62,869 nucleotides of DNA, from assembly GCF_006345805.1 (NCBI RefSeq), contig NW_021831995.1:1-62869 (forward strand), written 5' to 3'. Shown in pieces: positions 37,509 to 50,021 of the stretch. Numbering within the stretch: the first letter of the stretch is position 1; every line of letters begins with the position of its first letter. A program made the translations under genes and the position numbers. The notes beneath the pieces were generated by a model. The model did not search any database. It was not told the origin of the DNA and saw nothing but the letters and a program-made list of their open reading frames with translations. This DNA comes from Octopus sinensis. Its lineage: Eukaryota.

Positions 37509-39068
37509 CTATCCATATGGTATATTTATATTCGACATTTTAAATTTAGCCGCGTGCCTACATAAGTTCATTAGCTCACTTCTTTGATTCAAAGAATTAT
37601 TGTCTTTGAATAAGATGTACATTTTTTCTAATAGACAAAGTTTGCACTTGAAATTATTTTTGTATGCTCCATGCCTGTATGGTGCCGCCCTGTCCAGAAT
37701 GCTCCATGTCACGTTGAAAGGTGGGGCTTCCTTTTCTTTTAGTTCCCAGACATATTTTGCTAGGCTGGTCCTCTTCCTATTCTCTGGGTATTTAAATGAA
37801 TTTTTATGAGAATAAAATCTTGTTTTAAATGAATTTTCTGAAGCCCCTGTGTATGTCTTGTATTCTGATGAGCCTTCCACTTGCACCTTGGCTCTATAAA
37901 CTACTCCTTTCACTAGACATTTCCCTTCTAACGGACAGGAGCTTTCGTTTTTGAAATTGCATTTCTTAATGGGCTCGGCACCATGTCTAATCTCAATTAG
38001 CTTCCTATTATGTTGGCTAATGTAAAAGGCGAAATTTCTGCAACAAGAATAGCTAACCTTCAGGGTTCTTCTATTAAAAATCCTATAGAATTTATGACCC
38101 TGCTTAAAATGCTTAGAGACTAATCTCAAAAATTCCTTACCTATATTAGTCTTTACGGCCAAATTGAAAGCTGGGTTGAACCACAAAACTTTCCTGGTCC
38201 TAGTTCTTCGTGCAGCATTATTGTCAGCATTAAGCTGGTTGAACTGGATCTTCTCAGAGAATCCACTATTCTTTAATGCGCTATCGTAATAAGGTGCAGC
38301 ATTATGGAATGCTGCCTCGTCCGAAGAAATTGAAGATATTCTTCTACCTACATTGCTGACTAAGTTCCTAAGGATAACTGGTGGATGGTTCGAATCTTTG
38401 CTAATATACGATAGCTTTTCATTGGGCTTACGGAAAGGTTTAAATCTATCCGATCTTACATTAAAATTTACGTCTAAAAAATCTACACTATTCAGGTTAG
38501 CATCTATCTTAACCCGTAAGCCCATCCTTTGAAAGAAAGCTATGAGGTCCTTCCTAAGTCTATCTGATTCATGGCCGTTTAGATTATGCGTGGCTATAAG
38601 GCCGTCATCCCTATATAAACCTGCATCTATAAAAGGGAATTCTATTTTTAGATTATGGAGAATAAAGGCTCCTATGAGCATACATAACTCAGCCCCGTCG
38701 TATGCCCCCATCGGTACATCGAAAAGAGAATCCTCAGTCTTCTTAATCCCGGTGGAATCCTCGAAAAAAAGAAGCGATTTCCTCGCATGCATAATAATAT
38801 CAATTTCCGAGCTATCGATGTTGACATATTGCTTGGCGAAGTCCAATGCCCTTAGGAGCAACGTCCTAGATATTGACGGGTAAAAGTCAATAATGTCGAA
38901 TTGTGTGAAACTACAATTATTCTTATAGCTAATACCTTTAAACCACTCTATGACTGACTTACTATTCTTCCAAATTCTCAAGTCTACTTCACTATCTAAC
39001 TTAACTAAAATACGGTCCAAAATATTTTTGCTAATAATTCCTATCTCAGTTTTAGCCGGATTTATCAA
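37509..39068 (-). CDS. Penelope-like reverse transcriptase with C-terminal GIY-YIG endonuclease (519-aa open frame; start lost by frameshift)
   Basis: FDIIDFYPSI, FDVPMGAYDGAE, LYRDDGL, FLDV, SNHPP, CNFKNESSCPLEGKC linker, GVVYRA...YTGAS, KCKLCLLEK and LNQRSEL..CRH. Confidence 0.9.
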   Translation of the reverse strand: MINPAKTEIGIISKNILDRILVKLDSEVDLRIWKNSKSVIEWFKGISYKNNCSFTQFDIIDFYPSISRTLLLRALDFAKQYVNIDSSEIDIIMHARKSLLFFEDSTGIKKTEDSLFDVPMGAYDGAELCMLIGAFILHNLKIEFPFIDAGLYRDDGLIATHNLNGHESDRLRKDLIAFFQRMGLRVKIDANLNSVDFLDVNFNVRSDRFKPFRKPNEKLSYISKDSNHPPVILRNLVSNVGRRISSISSDEAAFHNAAPYYDSALKNSGFSEKIQFNQLNADNNAARRTRTRKVLWFNPAFNLAVKTNIGKEFLRLVSKHFKQGHKFYRIFNRRTLKVSYSCCRNFAFYISQHNRKLIEIRHGAEPIKKCNFKNESSCPLEGKCLVKGVVYRAKVQVEGSSEYKTYTGASENSFKTRFYSHKNSFKYPENRKRTSLAKYVWELKEKEAPPFNVTWSILDRAAPYRHGAYKNNFKCKLCLLEKMYILFKDNNSLNQRSELMNLCRHAAKFKMSNINIPYG

Positions 39069-39259
39069 TCTACATTTGGGGTTCTACTAAAATTGGCTTT
39101 ATGGTCTTTCAGAGTAATAAAAGCTGGTCGTGGTGAAAGATATTCAATCCTATCGCTAATCTTAAGATCGTTAGCTATTCCTCTTGCTTCTAAGTTCACC
39201 TCTTTGTATATATTCGTGTTGTCTTTTTTGTATGTGTCTGTGACACTATTCTGTGACAC
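39065..39259 (-). pseudogene. Upstream continuation of the Penelope ORF, separated by a 1-nt frameshift
   Basis: SDRIEYLSPRPAFITLKDHKANF..TP(K)CRLINPAK is restored by adding one A at ccc-aaat-gta (~39075). Confidence 0.85.
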
Positions 39260-39267
39260 TATTCGAA

Positions 39268-39307
39268 AACTGTCTGATGAACGGCAACGAGAAACTCAGA
39301 GTAACAG
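39268..39307 (+). ncRNA. Minimal hammerhead motif (identical copy on the minus strand at ~36384-36423)
   Basis: ctgt-CTGATGA-acggcaacga-GAAA-ctcaga-GTA-acag. Stem I is ctgt/acag, stem III is ACTC-A-GAGT, and stem II is short with a GCAA loop and an A.A base mismatch. Confidence 0.75.
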
Positions 39308-39339
39308 ATTTTGTTGAATTTTCTGCTGCTTAAAATAAA

Positions 39340-39423
<84 letters not shown>

Positions 39424-39424
39424 T

Positions 39425-39980
39425 AAGGCGGCGAGCTGGCAGAATCGTTAGCACGCCGGGCGAAATACTTTGCGTATTTCGTCTGAGTTCAAATTCCGCC
39501 GAGGTCGACTTTGCCTTTCATCCTTTCTCGGTCGATTAAATTAGTACCAGTTACGCATTATGGTCTATATAATCGACTTAATCCATTTGTCTGTCCTTGT
39601 TTGTCCTCTCTGTGTTTTGCCCCTTGTGGGTAGTAAAGAAATAGGTATTTCGTCTGCCGCTACGTTCTGAGTTCAAATTCCGCCGAGGTCGACTTGCCTT
39701 TCATCCTTTCGGGGTCGATTAAATAAGTACCAGTTAAGCTCTGGGGTCGATGTAATCGACTTAATCCGTTTGTCTGTCCTTGTTTGTCCACTCTATGTTT
39801 TGCCCCTTGTGGGTAGTAAAGAAATAGGTATTTCGTCAGTCTTTACGTTCAAATTCCGCCGAGGTCTACTTTGCTTTTCATCCTTTTGGAGTCAATAAAT
39901 TAAGTATCAGTTGCGTTCTGGGATCGATCTAATCGACTGGCCCCTCCCCCAAAATTTCAGGCCTTGTGCCTAGAGTAGTT
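39425..39980 (+). mobile_element. SINE family B trimer (one head plus three bodies), followed by a minus-strand SINE A head to 40057
   Basis: aaggcggcgagctggcagaatcgttagcacgccgggcgaaat (A-box-like) and gagttcaaattcc (B-box). Bodies restart at ggtatttcgtc. The last body ends with the alternative tail cccctcccccaaaatttcaggccttgtgcctagagtag. Confidence 0.9.
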
Positions 39981-40279
39981 GTCCAAGGTGCCACGCAGTG
40001 GGAATGAATCCAGAACCATGTGGCTGGTAAGCAAGCTACTTACCACACAGCCACTCCGACCCCGGAGGTATGACAGGCAAAACTGGCCCTAGTGTCATTT
40101 GAAACCAGAATGTGCAGGAGCAAAGGCCTTAAAGCATATTTTTTCAACGTTCTCATGATTCTGAATGGTGTCTGTGGTTGGCTGAATTCGAGATATTTTG
40201 ATAGGGTAGGTGTTTAGTCGATGCCAACGGCTCCAGTACTTGACAACTACTATATTTTCTCGACCTCGTTGATGCCGAC

Positions 40280-40490
40280 GAGCTGGCAGAATCGTTAGCA
40301 CACCAGGGAAAATGCTTAGCGGCGTTTTGTCCATCTTTACGTTCTGAGCTCAAATGCCATCGAAGTCGACTTTGCTTTTCAACCTTTCTGGGTCGATGAA
40401 ACAAGCACAAGTTGAGCACTAGGGTCGATGTAATCGACTCACCCACTCCCCACAAATTGCTGGCCTTGTAACAAAATTTGAAATCAATGT
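40280..40490 (+). mobile_element. Older SINE family B monomer
   Basis: Diverged head and body with the ...caaattgctggccttgta tail. Confidence 0.8.
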
Positions 40491-42088
40491 ATTTTATTGA
40501 TTCGAATTTGAAGAAAAGCAAAATTGTCCCCCGTAAGATTTGAACGGAGAACGTAAAAAGCCGCAACGAACGTTGCAAAGTTTTTTTTTCATTTCTCCGA
40601 CGCTCTAACGATTCTGATTGGTGGATGTGGTAATTATTAATTGTCATAATAACAATTTGTACTGGTGCCAAATATATGAAATATTATGCAGTAATATGTA
40701 AAATGAAACAATAGCGTTTTGTTCTCATTGATTAGTGCTCAGAGACAATGCTGTTACGTAATCACTATCTATTTATTATATAAAAGAATAGAATTAGAAT
40801 GTAGATGAAAGGTAGTACAACTTATAATTGTGGCAGTTGTTATTGTTGTTGGCTAACATCAGCCCAGTTCTGATTAATCAAATCTTTGATCAAAGACATT
40901 ACTGATCATTGTGTCTCTGATTTAGGGAAAGCATATTAAGTACTGTATTGTCTTATATAACATTCTTGTTTAATGATGGTGGTGAGAAACGTAAAAGAAA
41001 TTTGGCTGCTGTTTCTCGCGGGTCGACTGACAATGTAGTGGCTGCCTAGCTATCTATTAACAGTTGTTTTGTTGTTGTTGTTTTGATGGTAGTGGTTGTT
41101 AAACCACAGATTAGTTTTGATCAAGCAGACCTGTGGTCAAAAAGGAGTCCAGCCATGACAATGTTGTCTTCTTCGCAATATGTCTTCGACTACATCATCG
41201 CAATATGTCTTCGACTACGTTTTCTTTCTTTTCAGCATACACTAGAGATTGTTTTGATAGTGATTTGGCTGCTGCTTCTAGCAAACTGGACGAGTGTGCA
41301 ATGAACTCAATCAGTGTCTGCTGACTGTCGCTTTGAGTGTTCTCACAGTAAATGTCTTTATCATTATTTACATTACAGAATTGTGCCTGTGTATTATTCT
41401 GGCGGTGATAGCATAAAGCTGCCTCTGATATTGCATTATTTAAATTACTGTTTTCCGTCTCCTTGATTAAATCACCATAGGCGTGATAAAACAAATAGCA
41501 GTCCTATAGATGATAGCACTACATTACATCAGTAATGGCGTTGCACAGTCCTGTAAGCCATTAGTCGTTAAAAATAAACCTATTTAATAAACCGTTCTTT
41601 ATAAACCATTAGCGGGCTTAACTCTTAGTACATTCTGAATATTTCTTCTCTATTTTATCATAAAGTGGGACAAGCCGTGTCAACATTTCAAAAGTAGAAT
41701 TTTTGTGACTGTGTGGTAAGAAGTTTATTTCTCCACAATACGGTACTGGGGTCAGTCTCGCTGCGTGGCACCTTGGGCAAGTGTCTTCCACTAAAAACCC
41801 TGGCTGACCAATACCTTGTGAGTGGATTCTGAAAGAAGCACGTCGTAGACATACATACACACATTTATATAGAGAGGTTACAAAAGTGAGGGTACTGACT
41901 AGCACGGCTTTTGCTAAAAATAAGAGTTAAAACAACTCAAAAAGCCACAAAAGCACGGTCTTAATGACTGACAAAGGGAGGTAAATCGAGATTTCGAATT
42001 TTGATGTAGACCATCTTAATCCTCATCAGCAACTCTTAACGCCTAGGGTTAAACTCAACTACTTTTGCCAGTCTTATATATATATATA

Positions 42089-42883
42089 CAGGGTGCAATG
42101 AATAAACTGTCGCCTAAATTATGCAAGAATGAAAATGACACTGACATCTCATTTTAATTGATATATTAAAGAGTAGATTTATTCAATAAAAATCGCCATT
42201 GGCTTCAACCTCGGCCTCAAGACGACTTCGGAATCTCCTTCAACTCTTCTGGACGGTTGTTTATGTTGGTGAATGCTGTTATAATCCTTGCCGTCACTTC
42301 ATCTTTAATGTTACAAGGAGTTTTGTTGGTCTCTCGCTCAACTGCACCCCGCACATAATAATGAAGTGGTTTGCAGTCTGGGGAGTTAGATGGCCAGATA
42401 TTAGGGGTGATATGGTCTGAAGAGCCATGACTGGGTTCTCCTGCTTGTGTGGCATGGTGCAGAGTCCTGTTACCAGACAAGGCTCTACCAGAAACCACTA
42501 CCTCCTCCAGGCACTTGATGTAGGCCACCGTGTTGAGTGTGAGGCCCTGTGGGAAGATGAATGGAGGCATAACGACACCATCACTAGTGATCACTACAAA
42601 CATCATGATGCTGACTGGGTGTTTGACTTTTATCACTCTCAGTACATGACTTCAGATTGCACTGTCCTCAGACTGAAATATTCATATTGGAGCTTCTGGC
42701 GCGAATGCCAAGCAGTACAGCATGTCGTTTCCAAATTTCTGGCAGAGTGCATTGTTTTTTTTTCTCACAGACGGTGCCCAACTGACCCTACCACACTGTG
42801 TAGTTGACATAATCAAAAATAAGCAAGGCGCATGCGCGAAATCAAAAATATAAAATGGCGAAAATTATCCATTGCATCCTCTG
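42089..42883 (-). mobile_element. Internally deleted maT/DD37D-type Tc1-mariner element
   Basis: KHPVSIMMFVVITSDGVVMPPFIF, YIKCLEEVV and IWPSNSPDCKPLHYYVRGAVE. TIRs cagggtgcaatgaataaa / attatccattgcatcctctg. Inserted after (TA)n. Confidence 0.8.
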
Positions 42884-44191
42884 TTTTTGTGTGCACGTGT
42901 GTATGCGCTTTGTATATCCGCGTATATATGTGTATGTGCGTATAGAGATGTGTATTTGAACATATTGATACGTTCGTTTTTGCCTATGTGTTTTTATTTG
43001 TATATACGTTTTTCGCGTATATATATTCATGTGCGTATAAACTACGTTTAGTATATCCGCGTATGTATGTGTGTGGGCGTGTAGAGATGTATATATGACC
43101 GTTGTGATGCGTGCATGGGTATATATACGCGTGTATGTTAGTGCATGCGTAGACATATATATGTATATATGTATGTTTGTATGTATTTGTACCCGTGTGT
43201 GTCAGTATGTATATAGATATATATGAATACATATGTGAGTGTGCGTGCATGTATGTGTGTGTGTATATGTGTGCATATTCGGATTCTATGCATGAAGTAG
43301 TATATTTGCCATGCTTATTAGAGTATTTTCCCTTTATTTAACGTTTTTTTTTTTCATAGCCTTTTGTCTTAATAACTGATGAGATGCCGGAGTGGTTTTC
43401 AGCGCCGATATCCGAAACCCTGGGTAGACAGACGCGTTTGGAATTAGCTTCTTTGGACTGAATTGACGATAGTTTCTTTGGATAATTTTTCTGAGTTAAA
43501 ACTGTAGAGCAGTTCCAGTGGCAAGTCTCGAAGTCTAGTTTTATTCGTTGCGTTAAAATAATGTTATGCATTCATATAGAGAGTGTTTCATATTTTTAGA
43601 CGTTTTACTCACTCCTTTTCGAAAGTTAACTGGAGTAGAGGGAGAGAATGTTCATCAAAGTGGTGGAAGCATAAAGAAAGAGATGCTTCTCCCATCTGCC
43701 AAAATTTTAGGTAAAATTTATGAGCAGGGATTTAGAAAATGGGGAAAAAAAAGTATAGCAGACACGCAGGGCAAAAGACTGCTTTGTGACAGAAAGATGA
43801 TGTTGATTTAAAGATTCGCAACATGAAAAACAAACAATAAGAACAAGAACAAAAATAAGAATATACACTAATACACTAACTTGCGCACACACGTGCACAC
43901 ACACAAACAAACAAACACATAAATTTGGTGGACAAAACTGTTAATTTGACTTATCGAATAAAGAAAGAAAGAAAGAAATAGATAACTTCAAGAAAACATA
44001 CTGGAGTTGGTAAACGTCCAGTCGGATAAACATATGATCTTTTTGGGTCACGAAAGAATATGTTTGTGTGTATGTGTGTGTTTGTATGTGTGTGTGCTTG
44101 CACGCGTGCGTGTGTGTCTATCTATCTATCTATCTATCTATCTGTTTCTCTGTCCATTCATCTGTCTGTCTGTCTATCTACCTATCTGTCA

Positions 44192-44236
<45 letters not shown>

Positions 44237-44301
44237 GCTAGCTAGCTAGCTAGCTAGCTATCTCTCTGTCCGTGTGTCTGTCTGTCTCTGTCTATCAACC
44301 C

Positions 44302-44389
<88 letters not shown>

Positions 44390-45114
44390 GTCTGTCTGTA
44401 TGTCTGTCTGTCTGTCTATCTAGCAAATACACACACAATTGTGTTGCCACAACAACCCTGCTGGACGAAATACAATGTAGTATTTTTTCCGGTTCTTCAC
44501 ATTCTCAATTGAAATGGTGTCGAGTTCAACTTCGTCTCTCCTCTTTCAGGATCAGTTTAGTGCTTACGTATCTTTCCCTCTACAAACACACACATTATCA
44601 CAACCTGGGTGCGCCACTGTGTAAAAGATAAGAAAACCAAGAAGATATTTGTGCCTGCTCGCAATTACACGGGCACCTACAAATTATCCCGAAAAACCAT
44701 AAAACGAACTGATGGCACGTCTGACTGCAAACGACTGGCATTGTCGTCGTAAACACAAACTATAAACCTGACAACAGCTCATACGTTGTCAACATCTTAA
44801 ACAGGCAAAGCACAGGGGCTTACTGCAAGGTAAATATAAAATACACACACACATGCACACACACATACACGCATAAAAAAACACAAGACAAGCAAACAAA
44901 CAAAAATCAAAGCAATATGTTGAAAATAGTTTATGTAGAATTTGTTAAAGGTAAGAAAGAATTTGCCTTTGACAGTTCGTGGCAAGCAGAAAAATCGATC
45001 AGGATTTGTTTCACTTCACCTGATGGATGATACAATGGCGTTTCTAGGAGAAATAATAATGGTTTGGATGTCAGTTCTTTCTTCAATTTGGTTGTAAAAT
45101 CGTGTTCGCACACA

Positions 45115-45116
<2 letters not shown>

Positions 45117-45155
<39 letters not shown>

Positions 45156-45355
45156 GTCCTTCTTTCTTTCCTTCTTTCTTTCTTTCCTTCTTTCTTTCTT
45201 TCCTTCTTTCCTTCCTTCTTTCCTTCTTTCCTTCCTTCTTTCCTTCCTTCTTTCCTTCCTTCCTTCCTTCCTTCCTTCCTTCTTTCTTTCTTTCCTTTCT
45301 TTCTTTCTTTCTTTCTTTCTTTTTCTTTCTTTCTTTCTTTCTTCTTTTTCTTTCT
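45117..45355. repeat. (TTTC)n/(TTCC)n polypyrimidine tract
   Basis: Direct reading. Confidence 0.95.
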
Positions 45356-45373
45356 TCTTGTTACATACATTCC

Positions 45374-45539
45374 GGCGCGGGAGTGGCTGTGTGGTAAGTA
45401 GCTTGCTTACCACTACTTGGTTTCTGGGTCAGTCCCACTGCGTGGGACTTGAGCAAGTGTCTTCTACTATAGCCTCAGGCCGACCCAAGCCTTGTAGTTG
45501 ATTTGGTTGACGGAAACTGGAAGAAGCCCGTCGTATATA

Positions 45540-45610
<71 letters not shown>

Positions 45611-46280
45611 GGGGGGGGGGTATGTTTGTGTGTCTGTAGTTGTCCCCCTACCATCAGTTGACAACCGATGTTGGTCTTCTTAGGTTCCGTAACTTAGCAG
45701 TTTGGCAAAAATGACCGATAGAATAAGTGCCAGGCTTAGTCGATTTGCTCAACTAAAAGGCAGTGCTCCAGCATGGCCACAGTCAAATGAATGAAACAAA
45801 TAAAAGAATACACACACACACACACACACACATAACCCACATATCCTCCTCCTCTTTTTTGCCGAAAATTATTCAAATAACACATCACGCCTCGTCTAGA
45901 ATACACACGAATGTTTCAGTCATTTGACTGCGTCCATGCTGGAGCACCGCCTTCAATCGAGCAAATCGATCCCAGGACTTATTTTTTGTAAGCCTAGTAC
46001 TTATTCTATCGGTCTCTTTTGCCGAACCGCTCAGTTACGGGGACGTAAATACACCAGCATCGGTTGTCAAGCGATGTTGGGGGACAAACACCGACACACA
46101 AACATATACATATATACGACGGGCTTCTTTTAGTTTCCATCTACCAAATCCACTCACAAGGCTTTGGTCGGCCCGAAGCTATATAGTAGAAGACACTTGG
46201 CCATGGTGCCACGCAGTGGGACTGAACCTGGATTCATGTGGTTGGTTAGCAAGCTACTTACCACACAGACACTCCTGCGC
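45374..46280. mobile_element. Tail-to-tail pair of SINE A copies (45374-45810 plus; 45912-46280 minus)
   Basis: Both carry head, body and tail, separated by a ~100-bp spacer. Confidence 0.9.
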
Positions 46281-46293
46281 ATATATACATACA

Positions 46294-46329
<36 letters not shown>

Positions 46330-46376
46330 TATATATAATATATAATATATATATATATATATATATAATATATAAT

Positions 46377-46442
<66 letters not shown>

Positions 46443-47280
46443 GTTTTCGAAACATATATTTAATGTTGCTGTCATAAGATAATAGCGAGTGCCTCGGTCA
46501 TACGTTTAGAAATTTCTGCGAGTTGTTTGCAGAATAGTTTCGCATTAAAATGAAATATTTCATATACGCATTTATTCAAAACAACGGAGTGTTTCTACAC
46601 TTTACATAATATACATATATGCACACACGTATAGATCTCACAGAGACGTATCATATATCTCCGCACACGTACAAACACACGCAAGCACATTCATAATTAC
46701 AGTGTTGTTATAATCAATCTGCCCAAAGTCATTAGTCATGTTCTGAAGTCTTTCCAATCGATTGCTCCTCTTCGTTATAAATATGTGTAGCCCGGTGCCA
46801 AAGATATAAAATTAATGATATATCTATATTAAAGCAGATAGCAATGTTACATGTCTCTAACCTCACCATCACCTGTATTGGTAATAATCCCTCTACTTCA
46901 GGAAGTCGAAACCAATATTCGATCTGTGTGAAAGTGCTGGAATTGAATCTATAAAGGGAAATCAGATGACCTATTGACAATTTCGGTGACCTTGGAGATT
47001 TGATTTTCGTATAATGTACCAAGAGCAAGTTAGCTTAGAACAATTCGATCCTTTTTCAGATGAAGCATCTATATGGTTGCTCTATCTGCTAGAAATAGCT
47101 GTTGAGCTTTCTTTAAAAGGACACATTAAGTAATGTGGTCCAGGGTTTCTGGCACATAAGAAATGAAATTCGAAGTAGTGAATGGTGGAATGTCTTTGAT
47201 TATAAGCTTGCTCTATTAGTGCTGACTAGGGCTAAATAGCAATGACGATAACAAGCCATATACACATTACACACACATAT

Positions 47281-47686
47281 TCTCTTTTACTCTTTTACTT
47301 GTTTCAGTCATCTGACTGCGGCCATGCTGGAGCACCGCCTTTAGTCGAGCGAATCGACCCCGGGACTTATTCTTTGTAAGCCTTATTCTATCGGTCTCTT
47401 TTGCCGAACCGCTAAGTGACGGGGACGTAAACACACCAGCATCGGTTGTCAAGCAATGCTAGAGGGGCAAACACAGACACACAAACATATACATACACAT
47501 ACATACATATATATACATATATACGACAGGCTTCTTTCAGTTTCCGTCTACCAAATCCACTCACAAGGCATTGGTCGGCCCGAGGCTATAGCAGAAGACA
47601 CTTGCCCAAGATGCCACGCAGTGGGACTGAACCCAGAACCATGTGGTTGGTAGGCAAGCTACTTACCACACAGCCACTCCTGCGCC
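47281..47686 (-). mobile_element. SINE family A, full length, low divergence
   Basis: Reverse complement of the complete A consensus. Confidence 0.93.
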
Positions 47687-48160
47687 TATATACATAATTA
47701 TTTGTTGCTAAATCTTTGTCCTCAGTGTAACGCAGAATGCTACAATGATTGAGTTCTGCGCTCAAGGGTTAGCGAAAACAAACGAAACACAAGTATAAGT
47801 ATCTAACTATATATATAATTTCTTACTCCTATTTTTAGAGCTTCCTGAAGCCGTATGTATTTTATCTTTTTCAAATATAAATTAACTTATTAGCCACAGA
47901 ATGGGAAAATACAATGGATATATAAGTCTCTCACCATCACTGTGTTGCCTTGTGGCGCCAATTTGAAAAGTTAGCGCAATATATTATGAAATTTGAGTTT
48001 AATTTTGATGTATGGTCGCAATAATTTTACGTTCCGTGTATCGGTAGAGGTTTAAAGTAAGGCATTTCATCTCCCGTCCGTTCATATATATGCATATATG
48101 TATATATGTTTATATCTATCTATCTATCTATCTATCTAGCTATCTATATATTTTTGTATG

Positions 48161-48213
<53 letters not shown>

Positions 48214-48994
48214 TAGCATTAAAGACTCGTCGTTGCCGGGTCATAGTGCTAGTGCATGTATATATGTGTATATATATGTGTACATATTACATGTACATCT
48301 ATATATATACATCTACGCATAAAATACAAAATAAAAAGTTATATCTTGATATCGCTAGTGATAACAATGCTCAAAATATATAATAGACTGGAATTGTTAG
48401 CCCGTCTCTTGTAATTTCGATCAATTGTATCTTGCCCTCCCTCTTGTATAGAAGTGTGGCTACAATCCAGCCTACCTCTAGTTCTGGGGGGAAGGGGCAT
48501 TTTTAATTTTTTTCCGGCACGTCCTACGTCCCACATATAAGGGTAAAGATAAAATATTTCCATTTTGCAAGTTCGAGTCGAGTACTCACTTGCACGCTCC
48601 GTTGACTCGAACCTTGCTTCTATTGTGGCGAATTTACCGCCTCTGATTAGATACCTTTCATAATCGCACCAAGACACTTTTCGAAGGTGCTTTCCTCCAT
48701 ATGTTTAAATCTTCTTTTTTCTCTACATTGTATACTTTATAGACAATAGTCTTTTCTTTAATTTAATTTTTTATTATCCATCTGGACTATTCCATTTCTG
48801 CACGCTAATTTTATTTTTAATTTATTCCCATTCATGTGAAACCACTTATTCAAGTTCAAATCACTGATGCAATTTTATACCAATTGCTATTTTTACTTTT
48901 GTTATGTTACGATTATATTATACTTTAGTTTGATTTTAATTATTACTTACTACATATAATTCAATTGTTATTATTATTTTTATTGTTAAAGTGA

Positions 48995-49401
48995 AAGTAT
49001 CTGAGATAAAATAGAGAAACGTTTTTGTTTCACTTTTAACACGTATTACTGAAATAGTGGAGAAGATATGATATTGCTATGGGCTCGCTCTAGGCAAGAA
49101 GTTGAACATTTTTTTGCCCATGAAACTACATGGACCCTAAGTAAGGCATGTGTAAAATTTGAATGAAATTGGTTGTGTAGTTCTCAAGTTTTAGGGAATC
49201 GCAGTGGAGAAGATATGATATTGCTGTGGGCTCGCCCTAGGCAAAAAGTTCAAACTTTTTTTGCCGATGACACTCCCCGGACCCTAAGTAAGGCATGTGT
49301 AAAATTTGAATGAAATTGGTTGTGTAGTTCTCAAGTTTTAGGGAAACACACAGACAAACAGACAGACAGACACACATTCTCAGTTTTATACATATAAAGA
49401 T
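48995..49401 (+). mobile_element. Non-autonomous Helitron-like (Lep1/DINE-1-like) 3' end with a 147-bp tandem duplication
   Basis: Units start at 49056 and 49203. The end aaatttgaatgaaattggttgtgtagttctcaag...(cagacaga)..cagttttatacatataaaga resembles recalled non-autonomous Helitron termini. Confidence 0.55.
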
Positions 49402-49424
49402 ATATTTATATACATACATACATA

Positions 49425-49733
49425 GGAGGCGCAATGGCCCAGTGGTTAGGGCAGCGGACTCGCGGTCGGATGATCGCAGCTTCGATTTTCAGACCGGGCG
49501 TTGTGTGTTTATTGAGCGAAAACACCTAAAGCTCCACGAGGCTCCGGCAGGGGGTGGTAGCGACCCCTGTTGTACTCTTTCGCCCCAAATTTCTCTCTCT
49601 CTTTCTTCGTGTTTCTTGAGCAGCACTGCGATGGACTGGCGTTCCGTCCAGCCGGAGGGAACACATACGCCACAGAAACCGGGAAACCGGGCCCATGAGC
49701 CTGGCTAGGCTTGAAAAGGGCGAATAAATAAAA
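49425..49733 (+). mobile_element. Chimeric SINE: family C head and middle with family D tail
   Basis: 49425-49620 matches the C copy at 6830. 49626-49733 (ctgcgatggactggcg...gggcccatgagcctggctaggc) matches the D tail at ~53920-54010. Confidence 0.85.
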
Positions 49734-49854
49734 TTATATATGTATTGAAGGTATTAATTTTGATAATTTTAATATTTAGTCCTATATGTACCTATTATGG
49801 ATAATATCATTCAATGATGATTGAGTTGCTTGAGGGTGATTCTGTCTCTTAAAC

Positions 49855-49885
<31 letters not shown>

Positions 49886-50021
49886 CATCTCCGTAATATA
49901 TATATATATATGCACACACTCACACTTGTCATCTTCGCACACCTTCTTTACCATTCCGTCTATGATATAGCTCTCCTGTTTTTAAAAACATTTTCTTCTA
50001 CTCTGACCACTTCCGTCTTTT

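Larger units (their letters stand above)
36281..39340 (-). mobile_element. Penelope-like retroelement insertion in (TA)n with an inverted terminal copy
   Basis: RT-GIY-YIG ORF, then a ~1.2-kb presumed 3' region ending in an HHR-bearing terminus (36281-36426). 39267-39340 is an exact inverted copy of 36352-36426. (TA)n lies on both flanks. Confidence 0.85.

Noticed and set aside
48339-48677. 112-aa minus-strand ORF or possible Penelope endonuclease remnant (KIFPF-like on the plus strand)
   Set aside because: Only a few residues resemble a motif and no continuous frame supports it.
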